A stretch of 59,679 nucleotides of DNA, filler included, from Nitrospirota bacterium (GTDB taxonomy: Bacteria; JACPQY01), in the NCBI GenBank assembly GCA_016180645.1. It is 5 parts of 5 records of this genome, joined end to end, with 100 filler letters (N's around TTAATTAATTAA, not from the genome) between each part and the next. Parts side by side here need not be neighbours in the genome. Positions count along the whole stretch, not along the records: positions 42,381 to 52,819 come from JACPAV010000045.1; positions 52,920 to 59,679 come from JACPAV010000056.1; 3 more parts are not named here. The stretch is one strand, 5' to 3'. The notes under the pieces are model-generated. The model made no database searches. It saw nothing but the letters and a program-made list of their open reading frames with translations, and was not told where the DNA came from. The translations under genes and the position numbers were made by a program. Positions 45,501 to 55,900 of this stretch are shown piece after piece. The first letter of the stretch is position 1. Every line of letters begins with the position of its first letter.

Positions 45501-47951
45501 GGTGCGATTGCGATGGACAACCCCAAACTCTACTTCAATACCCGCCTGCGCCGGGACCTCTTCGCCCCGAACGCCTGCCGCGTCTTCGGCCGGATGGCCA
45601 CGCAGAAAATCATCCCGGCGGAACTTCCCAGTCAAACCGAGACCTACGCCAATGTCTTCGGCGGAGTTGAAGGACCGAGTACGTTTTCGGGCTTCAGCGA
45701 CGAAGATGAGCGATGCACGCCGAGTCCGCCCAAGTCCGTCCCCGCCTCCAATGTGTGCTATTCCGCCTTGGAACAGGGCTGTAGGAAGGGTATTGCCGAT
45801 TGGCGGCCTTGGGAGGACTTCTACGCCAATGCGGACCCCAACACGTGCCGTCCTTCGATCCGACAGCACAAGTTGATGCTCATGAAACGAGCGGGGATCA
45901 ACACCGTGCGCATCGACGTGCCGTGGGGGATCGTCCAGGAATTTTCCGCCCCTGTATACAACTTCGAGAAGCAGAGGTACCATTTGGATGCGTATATGAC
46001 GATGGCGGGGGCGTACAACATGGAGATCGAGGCGGACTTCGGAGGTTGGCCGTGGTGGGGATCCTCCTGCTGCATTTCGGGGGACACTGAAGAGACGTGC
46101 GTGAGGCGCACCGCCCGGCTCACCGCCTGCGGAACGGATTGTGAGGTCGATCCCGCCCTGATTGAGGAACCCCATAAGAAGTGCTGTGCGGACAAGAAGC
46201 GCGCACAAGATCCGGCATGCGACTTTGCCTGTCTCCAAAATGAACTCGACTCCCGAGGCTGGCTCCGGACCGGCCAGTGTGTTCCGGGGGGCGTCACTTC
46301 GCTCAACCCCGAGGTCCAGCCGGACTACGCGATGTTCAAGAACTTTGTGAGAGCGACGGTTGAGGAATTCGCTCCCGGGGGCAAGCTTGCCCAGAGGCAT
46401 CCGAACCTGCCCGGGATCGGAATTCGGAACTGGGGACTCGGCAATGAAATCGAGAATCCCCGCAATTTCCTGCGGATCCGCCCGGACCCGGCCTCGGTGA
46501 ACGACAAGGACCACCCCGGCCTCCAGTCCTACGTGGGGCTGAAGGAATACAAGCAGCTCATCAAGCAGCTCCACGATCTCATCCGGGTCGAACTCAATCA
46601 CCCGGACCACCGGATTCATGGCGGGGGACCCAACGTCACGGCGAGGATCAGCCAAGATTGTGACTACTACGGGGACGAGGTCTCCAAGGATCGTCGCCCG
46701 AACGGTCACATCGAAATGGCCGATCTTGCCGAGCGCTGCCACGAGCAGGTCAGCATCGAGCATATCTACCAAGTGTTCCGAGACCCTAGAGTTGAAGGAT
46801 ATTCGCTCAACGATCCCACCTTCGACGGGGGCGTGGTGGTGAATTTCCACTGGTACCAGGAGGAGGGTCCGAATCCCAATGCCAACGAGAGGGGGGGGCG
46901 CCAAAGGCAGGCCGACGTCCTGCGTACGTTGACGTGCATGTTCCCGAACCGCCCGATCTGGTCGAACGAGGGAGGCATTTGCGATCAGGAGTGGGCCTTG
47001 GCCCGTCTCGCGGAGGACCCAGGCGCGGACTTGCGCGAATGCATTCCCCAGTTCAATCCGGCCCCGTCGGCACTCGCCCAAGCCGGATACTTGGTGGGTG
47101 TGAGCAGCTACCTGGGACCGCGTTATTGGCCTGGCGACTGTTCAAAGGTGTATGGCACCTTCACGTGCACTTCCCAGGCGGGATTCGAGGGGCCATGCCC
47201 GTGCCCGGTTGAGAAGACTTGCGAGGGCCTCACCGATCTCCCCACCACCGGCGTGTCCGGGAACTTTGAGAAACTCTTCTGGTACCGCCCGGCGGACGGA
47301 GGGGGGGGGCTATTTGGACTCGGCGAGAGCGCCGGGGAACCGGCCACGCTCACCCTCCGCCCCGTCTACCACGCCATCAGCCCCGTGTCCGACGTGCCCA
47401 TCCTGTTTGGGGTAGAAATGCCGTTCCGAACGGGAATCGACCGGAAATATGCGAGGGCGCGGGCGAATTTTTCCGCTTTCCTGAAAGCCGGGCAGAGAGT
47501 CGCCGTGACCGCCACGGGGAAGAACCTCTCCACGGGGTTGGAGAATCGCAACCTCGGTTTCGGAACGTTCGTGGAGAACAGCGCTGGGGAGACCGTGGGC
47601 GTCATCTGGCACAAGGAGAACGACCCTGAACTGTACCCCCACATCAACGAAGGAACGTTCCAGGCGTTCTCCGATGGGACGTATACCTTCGTCATCATTC
47701 CCCACAAACTCTACGTCCCGACGGAATTGGAGACGAGTGATTCCGTCAACCATCCTGACATTTTACTGACTCCCGAGAATACCCTAAGCCTCTTGGAAGA
47801 CCCGGACAAGGATGGTATCCGTACATTGAAGACAGCAGACCAGAGAACGAAAGTATTGAGAGCTGCCGAAGGTGCCTACGTGGAGGGCGTGATTCGATTC
47901 ACGCTGATTGGCACCTCAGGTGCTCCTCCGCGAGTTGCCTGGGCACCGTAG
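42546..47951 (+). CDS. giant Cys-rich protein A1: Ig-like domains, clan GH-A TIM barrel, conserved C-terminal module
   Basis: D.AGN/D.TPP Ig motifs; AGINTVRIDVPW, W.LGNE.E, VNFHWY, PIWSNEGG, KLFWY; C-terminal KLYVPTE...EGAYVEGVIRF. Confidence 0.8.
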   Translation: MILLLLTVHMLLQDLTPGTVEGEGGGELRLPKVDLYPVRDPEGKPVDSQPLAPGASTTTFDFLNTLGHRLPEGLLDVTVTLADRAEPHGNTRSVSDRFIVDLSGPIVSPTPEHQASMPNRNGRENPVPAQLVVHAVDVPRLPIGHAGVRSETLTLNLRHAESARAYTYTALPQFQDAPVIVYPFTPGPAGDFVATLLESQRNETQYPDGHYTWTTTVRDRLLNTTTSTFNFCLDRAAPTLTNFNIGSPIDYPAYSLLFIPSLQPIVTYNCEDRFPTSPSCGMAKLEVVATRTHTAPIFGSDDPVAIPSSQLTPVRIEIEPTLCDGLDHSFQFTQSLGQEGIWTFDLEALDKAQNKTVLPAGNSYYLDVTPPFTLPDGLLLLHAGEGLQPVSTVGLPTNDSRLRLGVWYTNGFSGVNPATVVFSNSGSSAGCTGALALLSAGSHSALSKDFLPCEGTNTASVFLRDKAGNPFTDSITYTTDYTPPALTDMTMTSISICVSWNALGGCTASAPGERFSAHATDNLSGVHKVELLLGSTRKAFVRLGGAAGDDYSIDIFQTEYDAASDVRIQAWDKAANMAEARQIGPAGGTVSTRNGGIQLAIPAGSTSSKTFIGVTSVSENQLAEILGYNPFDEATAGSHLTLLNYEGMTLSGDPGTTFSLPPNSTIGCKKDNAPQGEQMFMVDFLEPNHRYDNEGRVRVLAGVKLDEFDYSGGNTYYKPLDISDCPGLSEIHHAVACVSLSTDHGKTQLVHGQVRTSGAEIKGQVVVVDSKETTYADFTKPRLDSERLQPPSRRVWGSAKHFGIQGTADANGLAKYCIPTPAENDTKAYAAGDTGAFFKDNGIGLDRVRIAIGTDGCDVTVPVTPPNPGNVIAAGTCEAKYIEAGGACENVPIVPPSVNGGPPDSLNLASETYGDPQFAISGRNGIAGITVHVDLRGKVPSPPGSKLDLFVRNATSTGKIPDTFTNDTGRQFYVFHPLDVAGFSAGAIAMDNPKLYFNTRLRRDLFAPNACRVFGRMATQKIIPAELPSQTETYANVFGGVEGPSTFSGFSDEDERCTPSPPKSVPASNVCYSALEQGCRKGIADWRPWEDFYANADPNTCRPSIRQHKLMLMKRAGINTVRIDVPWGIVQEFSAPVYNFEKQRYHLDAYMTMAGAYNMEIEADFGGWPWWGSSCCISGDTEETCVRRTARLTACGTDCEVDPALIEEPHKKCCADKKRAQDPACDFACLQNELDSRGWLRTGQCVPGGVTSLNPEVQPDYAMFKNFVRATVEEFAPGGKLAQRHPNLPGIGIRNWGLGNEIENPRNFLRIRPDPASVNDKDHPGLQSYVGLKEYKQLIKQLHDLIRVELNHPDHRIHGGGPNVTARISQDCDYYGDEVSKDRRPNGHIEMADLAERCHEQVSIEHIYQVFRDPRVEGYSLNDPTFDGGVVVNFHWYQEEGPNPNANERGGRQRQADVLRTLTCMFPNRPIWSNEGGICDQEWALARLAEDPGADLRECIPQFNPAPSALAQAGYLVGVSSYLGPRYWPGDCSKVYGTFTCTSQAGFEGPCPCPVEKTCEGLTDLPTTGVSGNFEKLFWYRPADGGGGLFGLGESAGEPATLTLRPVYHAISPVSDVPILFGVEMPFRTGIDRKYARARANFSAFLKAGQRVAVTATGKNLSTGLENRNLGFGTFVENSAGETVGVIWHKENDPELYPHINEGTFQAFSDGTYTFVIIPHKLYVPTELETSDSVNHPDILLTPENTLSLLEDPDKDGIRTLKTADQRTKVLRAAEGAYVEGVIRFTLIGTSGAPPRVAWAP

Positions 47952-47965
47952 TCACCTCCAAGCCG

Positions 47966-49126
47966 ATGCATCGCGAGGGGGCAATTCTAGTGATCTTCTG
48001 CGTGGGGATCGGAGCTTTCGCCTGTGATGGCGAAACGGGAAATGAGGTGGCTATCGACAGCCCTGGCACGGAGGACGATACTGCAACCGACAGCACCCTT
48101 CCTCAGGAAAAGCCTCTCATCGAGAAGCCTCTGATCGAAGTTTCGGATTCAGCCCGCGCCACGCTGAGCGCTCTTGCCGGCAGGAAATGGTCTTTTACTG
48201 TCGGGACAGGATCGGTTCCTCCGCATCCGAGCGGGGACAAATTCCTTGGACCCGATGCGAGGACATACTGGCTCTCGCGTTTTTCGCAGGCGGCCATGTA
48301 TGAGAGTTGTCGGGCGAAATGGAAGGCTGGTAGTCGTCCAGACCTTGATTGTTCCAATCTCGATCTAGATGACTGGATCGACAGGCTCTGGATCTTGGTC
48401 AGTACGGACGGCCAGTTTTTCAGCAAAATTCACCTTGTTACGAATCAAACGTACTGGTCTCGAACGCAAGCCGTGACTCCCGGTGGCCATCACGTCCGGC
48501 TCTACCTTGAGACCGAGGGCAGGATTACGACGCTGCTCTCCAAGAAAGACAACTTCGTCGAGTTCTATTCCGGGGAGGCAGGATCAGACGGGAGACGTGC
48601 CTGCCTCCCCCCTTCTTCCCTCGAAGGGGTAGGCCCCGGCAACTCCGAAGAGTGTAGCACCGACATCGCCCCCGTGACCTTCCTCGCGCCTGACGCCTCG
48701 CGCCTTGCGTCCATACGCCCCCGCGACCCTAATGTTACCATGAATGACGCGGGGGTGTATGTAATGACCTGGGACAACCGCCCCGCCACGGACGACTACT
48801 ACAGCACTTGCCCCGTGTGGCCGGCCCAGGTTACTGTTCCTGCCAGCCGCACCTTCGGATTGGCCTTCAGCGTGGACGGCCTCAACTGGACGGTCGTCTC
48901 CAATGACTTGACGCTTCAGGGGATACCTGTCGTCTACGACACAAAGCCCAATACCCGTTATAGCCAGCTCACCGGCAAGCTCCGCCACGTCGTCCCGGTG
49001 TTCATCACCAACGAGCAACTCCGGATCTACTTCACGGCGGAGGCCGTGAGCCGCTGTCAGGGCAACTGCCCCGGGATCGATACCGACCTCACCTCCTGCT
49101 CCACCGCCACCGCCATCAGCAATTGA
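47966..49126 (+). CDS. lipoprotein B1, five-blade beta-propeller (GH43/GH32-like motifs)
   Basis: lipobox AFAC; RDPN....GVY.M.W, FGLAFSVDGLNW, LRIYF. Confidence 0.7.
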   Translation: MHREGAILVIFCVGIGAFACDGETGNEVAIDSPGTEDDTATDSTLPQEKPLIEKPLIEVSDSARATLSALAGRKWSFTVGTGSVPPHPSGDKFLGPDARTYWLSRFSQAAMYESCRAKWKAGSRPDLDCSNLDLDDWIDRLWILVSTDGQFFSKIHLVTNQTYWSRTQAVTPGGHHVRLYLETEGRITTLLSKKDNFVEFYSGEAGSDGRRACLPPSSLEGVGPGNSEECSTDIAPVTFLAPDASRLASIRPRDPNVTMNDAGVYVMTWDNRPATDDYYSTCPVWPAQVTVPASRTFGLAFSVDGLNWTVVSNDLTLQGIPVVYDTKPNTRYSQLTGKLRHVVPVFITNEQLRIYFTAEAVSRCQGNCPGIDTDLTSCSTATAISN

Positions 49127-49842
49127 TGTATCTTCTCCTGCTCCTCGCACTCATCGCTCAGCACTCGGCACGCAGCACTTCCGTGGGCATCAGCGCGTGC
49201 GCGAGGCTGTTGGATATCGGGTGCCGGGCTCCCGATGGGATCGGGACGGACTGTTACGATCCGTGCCGTGATGCGGATAACAAGGCCGCTTGCCGCGAGA
49301 AGTACCGCCCCGTGGCGGAGGCCGTGTACGGGGCCTGCCCGGACGCATCCCAAGTGAAGGTGTACTGCAACAACCGGAACGACGTGGACGACACGGGGAT
49401 GTGCACCGATCCGGCCCAGGAGCGTCCCGGGATGCCCTTCGCCATCAACGCCGCCCCCCTGGATGAGCAAGGAAACACCTTGGAGGACTACTCGTGCAAT
49501 GGGTTCAACAACGGTTGCGGGGTCTTCGCCACCGGCCACGGAGACGGCAACGTCATGACCTTCACCCCCCCCTCGGGGGATAACTTCGGCTCCCGCCGCT
49601 ACTCCTTCGCCATCGTCCCCCAAAAACTCTACGTCCCGACGGAGACGCAATTCAGCGACACCTTGAGCCTCTTCGAAGATCCTGACCAAGATGGAGTGCA
49701 AACACTCAAGGAGCCACCGGAGAGGCTCCAACTCGTCCTTGAGAAGGCTGAGGGTGCATATGTCGAAGGCGTGATCCGATTCGAGGAAGTCCCTGCACCC
49801 TCGCAGGTCATTGCGCGGAGGCCAAGGTTACGTGCACCGTAG
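49126..49842 (+). CDS. short paralog A2 (hydrophobic leader plus A-type C-terminal module)
   Basis: YSFAIVPQKLYVPTE...EDPD.DG..TLK...EGAYVEGVIRF. Confidence 0.75.
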   Translation: MYLLLLLALIAQHSARSTSVGISACARLLDIGCRAPDGIGTDCYDPCRDADNKAACREKYRPVAEAVYGACPDASQVKVYCNNRNDVDDTGMCTDPAQERPGMPFAINAAPLDEQGNTLEDYSCNGFNNGCGVFATGHGDGNVMTFTPPSGDNFGSRRYSFAIVPQKLYVPTETQFSDTLSLFEDPDQDGVQTLKEPPERLQLVLEKAEGAYVEGVIRFEEVPAPSQVIARRPRLRAP

Positions 49843-50786
49843 GGGTTCTGTCTTTCGCATTTCAGCAATCGCCGCCTTAGTCTTCGGCGCATGTAGCGAC
49901 GATCTTGAGACCGAGATTGTAATTCCTGATTCTGCGCACCTTTCTTTCGATCAGCTATTGGATAAGCAGTGGCAGTTCTCTCTTCCCGCCACGGAATCGG
50001 TCAAGCCTCAGACTTTCATGGGGAATGCTCCGTGGAGGCAGGTAAGGGAGGTTGGAACCGGTTGCGCCAGAGATCCCGACACGGTTCCAGTCGCGAACAG
50101 TTCATCAACAGCGCCTAGAGTCTTCTACTATTCGGACAATGTTGGAACCCAGCAATTGACCGTTCTCGCCCTGCCCGACGACACGTTTCGGGCTTACATG
50201 ATTGGTTGGAACAAGCAGCAGGCGGAGGGGGCGAAATGTTGCTCGGTGGAAATGGATGTCTGGACAGTCCTCACGACAGACCCTTCAAGCTACAAGAACT
50301 GGTCATCCCCAGAGAGGCTCTTGGGGAACTTCCCCTGGTCCCTCACCGCCGCCTTGACTCCCGGCTCCCACCACGTTCGGCTGTACTTGGAGACCGAGGG
50401 CAAGATCCAAACCATGATTTCCGAAAAAGACAACTTTGTGAAGTTCCACTCCGAATCCTCCCCCTCTTTCCTCTCGACTGACGGCTCACGACTCACGGAC
50501 TTACGCCCCCGAGATCCAAATATCACGGTCAACGATCTCGGGGTCTATGTAATGACCTGGGACAACCGCCCGGCGACGGAGGACTACGCCCCCGGCGGGA
50601 AGAAGGACGCGACCGCCGTCGCCAGGAATTTTGGCTTGGCTTTCAGCGTGGACGGCCTCAACTGGACGGTCGTGAGCAACGAACTCTACCCGGATCTACT
50701 TCACCACCTCCGAGAGCCGCGGCACCATCTGCAAAGGCTCCCCCGGTGCCTCCTCCTGCTCCACCGCCACCGCCGTGAGCAATTGA
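49832..50786 (+). pseudogene. lipoprotein B2, frameshifted at 50690
   Basis: lipobox FGAC; B motifs; the terminal RIYF...SCSTATAVSN* is in the +1 frame. Confidence 0.75.
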
Positions 50787-51332
50787 ATGTTTCTCCTGTC
50801 GCTTCAACTCTCCTTCCTGCTCCTCACGACTCGCGGGTTACGACTCACGATTCCCGACGTGGACGACACGGGGATGTGCGGGTCTTCCGCCGAGGAACGC
50901 CAGACCATGCCCTTCGCCATCAACGCCGCCCCCCTGGATGAGCAAGGAAACACCTTGGAGGACTACTCGTGCAATGGGTTCAACAGCGGGTGCGGGGTGT
51001 ACTCCGTTGCCCACGGAGACGGCAACGTCATGACCTTCACCGCCCCCGAATCCCGCCGCTACTCCTTCGCCATCGTCCCCCAAAAACTCTACGTCCCGAC
51101 GGAGGGGGTGACGAAACCATTTTTTGACAAGATAAACAATGATAACCAAACGAACCTCGAGAATAGGCTTTCTTTGATCCCGCCCGACCCGGCTCATCCC
51201 GGGCTGTCCGATATTGTGAATGCTCAGGTGCTCCAATTCTCCGAAGGTGCTTACGTGGAAGGTGTAATCCGCTTCGAAGTGGTGCCTCCACCAACTCAAA
51301 TCGCCCGGAGGCCGAATGCTCGAGCTCCGTAG
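50787..51332 (+). CDS. short paralog A3
   Basis: DNA block identical to A2 (MPFAINAAPLDEQGNTLEDYSCNGFN); EGAYVEGVIRF. Confidence 0.75.
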   Translation: MFLLSLQLSFLLLTTRGLRLTIPDVDDTGMCGSSAEERQTMPFAINAAPLDEQGNTLEDYSCNGFNSGCGVYSVAHGDGNVMTFTAPESRRYSFAIVPQKLYVPTEGVTKPFFDKINNDNQTNLENRLSLIPPDPAHPGLSDIVNAQVLQFSEGAYVEGVIRFEVVPPPTQIARRPNARAP

Positions 51333-52312
51333 GGTTCGTTCGCTCGCGCTGGCCTCTCTGCTGATAGGGATCGCGGATTCCTGCGGAGACGGTCGTGTGG
51401 AATTACTCGTTTCCATTCCTGATTCTGCCCCTGAAAACTTGAGTGGGCTCCTTAACAAATCTTGGACGTTCTCCTACGAAGACAAGCCAGGCCAAACAGC
51501 ACCAAATCGCAGCGAGAGTATGGAGTTCGTCCCAAGGCGATCACCCTCTTGTGGTCCTTCACAAGGTGGTTCAATCTATCTTCAGATGCCCGACGGCACA
51601 AGGCGGGTCTATCGGACGACCAATCCCGGAGGCATTTGCTTGTCAAACCAAGGGCCGACCGTGTTTGACCCTAAGGCTTGTCCTTCAACAGATGCCCCGG
51701 AGGCAATATGGACGGGTATTAAGTCCGATCAGAAAGGCATTGACGAAGCAAGCAAAATCTCCGACGCCTTCCCCTGGTCCCTCACTGCGGCCTTGACTCC
51801 CGGTGGCCATCACGTTCGGCTATACTTGGAAACCGAAGGAAAGATCAACACGATGCTTTCCAAGATCGACAACTTCACGGAGTTCCAGAACCGCGACGTC
51901 GGCCCCGTCTCCTTCTTCGACCTCACGGGTTCACGGGTTCACGGGATCACGCCCCGAGATCCAAATATCACGGTCAACGATCTCGGGGTCTATGCCATGA
52001 CCTGGGACAACCGCCCGGCGACGGAGGACTACGCTCCCGGCGGGAAGAAGGACGCGACCGCCGTCGCCAGGAATTTTGGCTTGGCTTTCAGCGTGGACGG
52101 CCTCAACTGGACGGTCGTGAGCAACGAACTCTACCGACCAGAGCGGCATCTCCTGTCTCGTTTCCCGCGGGGGCATCCGTCACGTCGTTCCGGTCTTCCT
52201 GACGAACGATCAGCTCCGGATCTACTTCACCACCTCCGAGAGCCGCGGCACCATCTGCAAAGGCTCCCCCGGCGCCACCTCCTGCTCCACCGCCACCGCC
52301 ATCAGCAATTGA
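51316..52312 (+). pseudogene. lipoprotein B3, frameshifted at 52135
   Basis: B motifs; RHVVPVF...RIYF...SCSTATAISN* is in the +1 frame. Confidence 0.75.
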
Positions 52313-52640
52313 TGGCCATCCTCCCGCTCGCCTCCATCCTCGCATTGTCAACCCCCATGTCTGACCCTCGGGTCTCCGAAATGCAACCAGCAGCGACAAG
52401 ATCCCGGATACGTTCACGAACGATCTGGGCAGACAGTTCTACGTCTTCCACCCCTTGGACGTGGCGGGCTTCTCCGCCGGTGCGGTTGCGATGCCGGACC
52501 CCAAGCTTCACTTCAACACCCGCCTGCGCCGGGATCTCTTCGCCCCGAACGCCTGCCATGTCTTCGGCCGGATGGCGTCGCAGAAAGTCATCCCGGCGGT
52601 GCTTCCCAACCAAACCGAGACCTACGCCAATGTCTTCGGA
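52312..52640 (+). pseudogene. A4 fragment: hydrophobic leader plus copy of an internal A1 segment
   Basis: 52375-52639 closely matches 45397-45662 (KIPDTFTND...TETYANVFG). Confidence 0.8.
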
Positions 52641-52819
52641 GTCACGGGGTCAGACATTTGTATCTGGACAATCTGGGTGAACCCGGGGAAAGGGATAGGA
52701 AGGATCAGTCGCTGAAGAGCGGCGAAGGGCCGAGGCCGGCGCGGAGGCGGGCCTCGCGATAGCTGCGGATGGCGGAACCACGGTGATGGCTGTTGATCTC
52801 CATGATATCCGGCCGATTC

Positions 52820-52919
52820 NNNNNNNNNNNNNNNNNNNNNNNNNNNNNNNNNNNNNNNNNNNNTTAATTAATTAANNNNNNNNNNNNNNNNNNNNNNNNN
52901 NNNNNNNNNNNNNNNNNNN
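52820..52919. other. artificial contig linker
   Basis: N-run with TTAATTAATTAA. Confidence 0.98.
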
Positions 52920-55900
52920 GGACCCCGAGGCGCCCGGGAGGGCTTCGCTGTCGGCGACGGTGCCGTTGGCGCTGAGGAGGTAGACGGTGGTTCCGGCGCC
53001 GACGTAGGTGCCGATGTAAGTGCCGAATTGGTCGGTGGCGGAGACGGGGAAGCCTTTGATTTCGGCGGCGATGGTTTCGTTGGCGATGACGGCGGTGGAG
53101 CAGACCTGCGTTGAATTGCCGCTGAGGTTCCCGGCGGCGTCTTTGGATCGCATTTGGTAGCAGTATTGGGTGTTGTCCGAGGCGACGGTGTCTTGGTACG
53201 AGGTGGCTCCCGAGGCGGGGGTGGCGATCTGGCCGGCGCCGATCCGGTCGAGTTCATAGTTGGCGAGTCCCGAGCCGGTATCGGTGACGGTGGACCAGTT
53301 GACGGTGAGTTTGAGATTGCCCGAGTTGACGACGGAGGAGATGGAGGGGACGGGAGGCGCGGTCCAGTCGTTCATCCAGGTGATGTTGAGGTTGTTGGAC
53401 GTGGAGTTGCCGTTGCCGGCGGCGTCGACGCAGGCGATGTAGCGGGAGTAGGTGGTATCGGCGGCGGCCGCGCCGGTGAACTGGCAGGCGGTGGTGCTCG
53501 AACAAGCGGTGCCTGATCCTCCATCGTAGGCCACGTCCGTGGTGTACCAGCGGCAGGCGGTGGTCCCCGTGGCGGCATCGGTGGAGGTGAGCACAATGTC
53601 GGTGTTGGAGTCGTTCGCGGTGTCGTAGTAGGCGGAGGCGGTGTCGCCCTCCACGCTGGTGAGTGTGAGCGGCGGTGCCGTCCAGTCGTTGTACCAAGTC
53701 ACGGAGATGTTGTTCGCGGCGGTGTTGGCATTGCCGGCGGCATCGACGCATGCGACGTATCGGGTATAGGCGGTGCCGCTTTCGGCGAGGGCGCCGATGG
53801 TGCAGAGGGAGGTGGAGGTGCAGGTATTGGCCATCGAGCCGTAGGCGATGTCGGTGGTGTCCCATTTGCAGGTGGCGGCGCCGACCGTGTCGGTGACCGA
53901 GATGGCGATATCGGTGTTGGAGTCGTTGATCGTGTCGTAGTACGTGGCGGCCGTGTCGCCTTCGACGTTGGTGAGGGAGATGGAGGGAACGGTCCAGTCG
54001 TTGTACCAGGAGACGGCGATGTTGTTGGCGGCCGTGTTGGCGTTGCCGGCGGCATCGATGCACGCGATGTATCGGGTGTAGGCGGTGCCGCTTTCGGCGA
54101 GGGCGCCGATCGTGCAGAGGGAGGTGGAGGTGCAGGTATTGGCCATGGAGCCGTAGGCGATGTCGGTGGTGTCCCATCGGCAGGTGGTCGGGCCGGAGAC
54201 GGCATCGGTGGTGGAGATGGCGATATCGGTGTTGGAGTCGTTGGTGGTGTCGTAGTACGTGGCGGCGGTGTCGCCTTCGACGTTGGTGATGGAGATCGAC
54301 GGGGCCGTCCAGTCGTTGGTCCACGTGACATCGAGGTTGTTGGCCGTGGAGTTCCCGTTTCCGGCGTTGTCGACGCACGCGATGTATCGGTTGTAGGTGG
54401 TTCCTTCGGTGTCGGCCCCCGTGACGGAGCAGGCGGTGGTACTCCCGCAGACGGTGCCGCTTCCCGTGGTCCAGGCCGTATCCGCGGTGTACCAGCGGCA
54501 GGCCGACGTGCCGGACGCGGTTGTGGAGGCGGTTTCGGAAGTGAGAACGACGTCGGTATTGGAGTCGTTTGCGTTGTCATAGAACGTGGCGGCGGTATCG
54601 CCTTCGATGCTGGTCAGGGCGAGCGCCGAGGCCACGGTGTCGTATTTGATTGTGTAGACGGTGGCGATGGTCGTATTCCCGGCGTTGTCTTTAGTTTTCA
54701 CGCGGAAGTACCAGGTACCGTTGCCGGGGGCGGTGCCGTTCGTCCAGGTGGTTTGGTAGCCGATCCAGCCGCCCGCGGTTTCGGGGTCGGCGGACGCGTT
54801 GGAGCCGAAGTAGATCCAGTATCCGTTGACTCCGGCGAGGCCGTTGTCCGTGGCGTGGGTCCAGGTCATGCAGGGGTCATCGGAGGTGTTTTGCCAGGTA
54901 TTGTCGCCGAGCGCGGCGCCGGTGCAGGAGCCGTTGTCCACCTTGGCGGCGAGGCCCGTCGGGCTGTTGGGCGCCTGGCGATCGACGATGACGTTATTGT
55001 CGATGGAGTTCCCTGTCAGTGCGTCGCCAGCCCGGTCGTTGTCGTTGTCCGTGGCGGTGGCGCGGACGCAGTAGCGCGCGTCCGTAACCGGCAGGGTCCA
55101 CGCGACGCAGTAATCCGTCGTGCTGCATCCCGTGGAGGGATCGGTATCCGTGCCGATATTCGTCCAGGTGGTATCGCACGCCGCGCCGAGCCAGGACGTG
55201 TATTCGAACTGGATCTGGGCGATGCCCGAGTCGTCGCCTTCGACGGGGTCGCTGGCCGTCGCGGTCAGGTTCACGTTGGCGTTGAGATAGGAGGGCGCAT
55301 CGAAAGTGACGGAGGGGGCCGTGGTATCGTCGTCGGCGACGTTATAGGTGAAGGTCTGGCACGCTCCCGTGATTTGCTGGCCGGCATTGGTGTGGCAATC
55401 GTATTCCGCGTCGCCTTCGACGCCCGGCGCCGAGAAGTCTTCTTTGCCGGTGGCCACGGTGCAGCTTCCGGAAGCGGGGATTTCATCGTTGCCCCACTCA
55501 TTGTCCTTGTCGAAGAGGTAGACGTAGAAACTCGTGTTGCCGAGGTTGTGGACGGGTTCGAAGTTGGCGGCGGAGTGGGCGTCGATGTGCCAGTAGTAAG
55601 TGGAATGGACTTCCGGATAGCGGACGTACATGTCTTCGTACTCGTTTTCGCCCCAGCCGTCGGCGCCGGCCATGCCGGAAATCACCACGCGGAAATCGAT
55701 CTGGTTGCTGCCGTCGTTCCAGTCGGCGATGGTGGGCCCATCCACGGTGTCGAGGAGGGTGAAGGTTCGCCAGGTCCAACCGTGGGACGGGGTGTAGTTG
55801 CCGAGATTCGTCCAGCCGCCCCACGCGCCGTCGTCGTAGCGGTTGTACTGCACCGTGACCGTGGGGTTGGACTGGTCCGGGTCGCACGATCCCGGCCACC

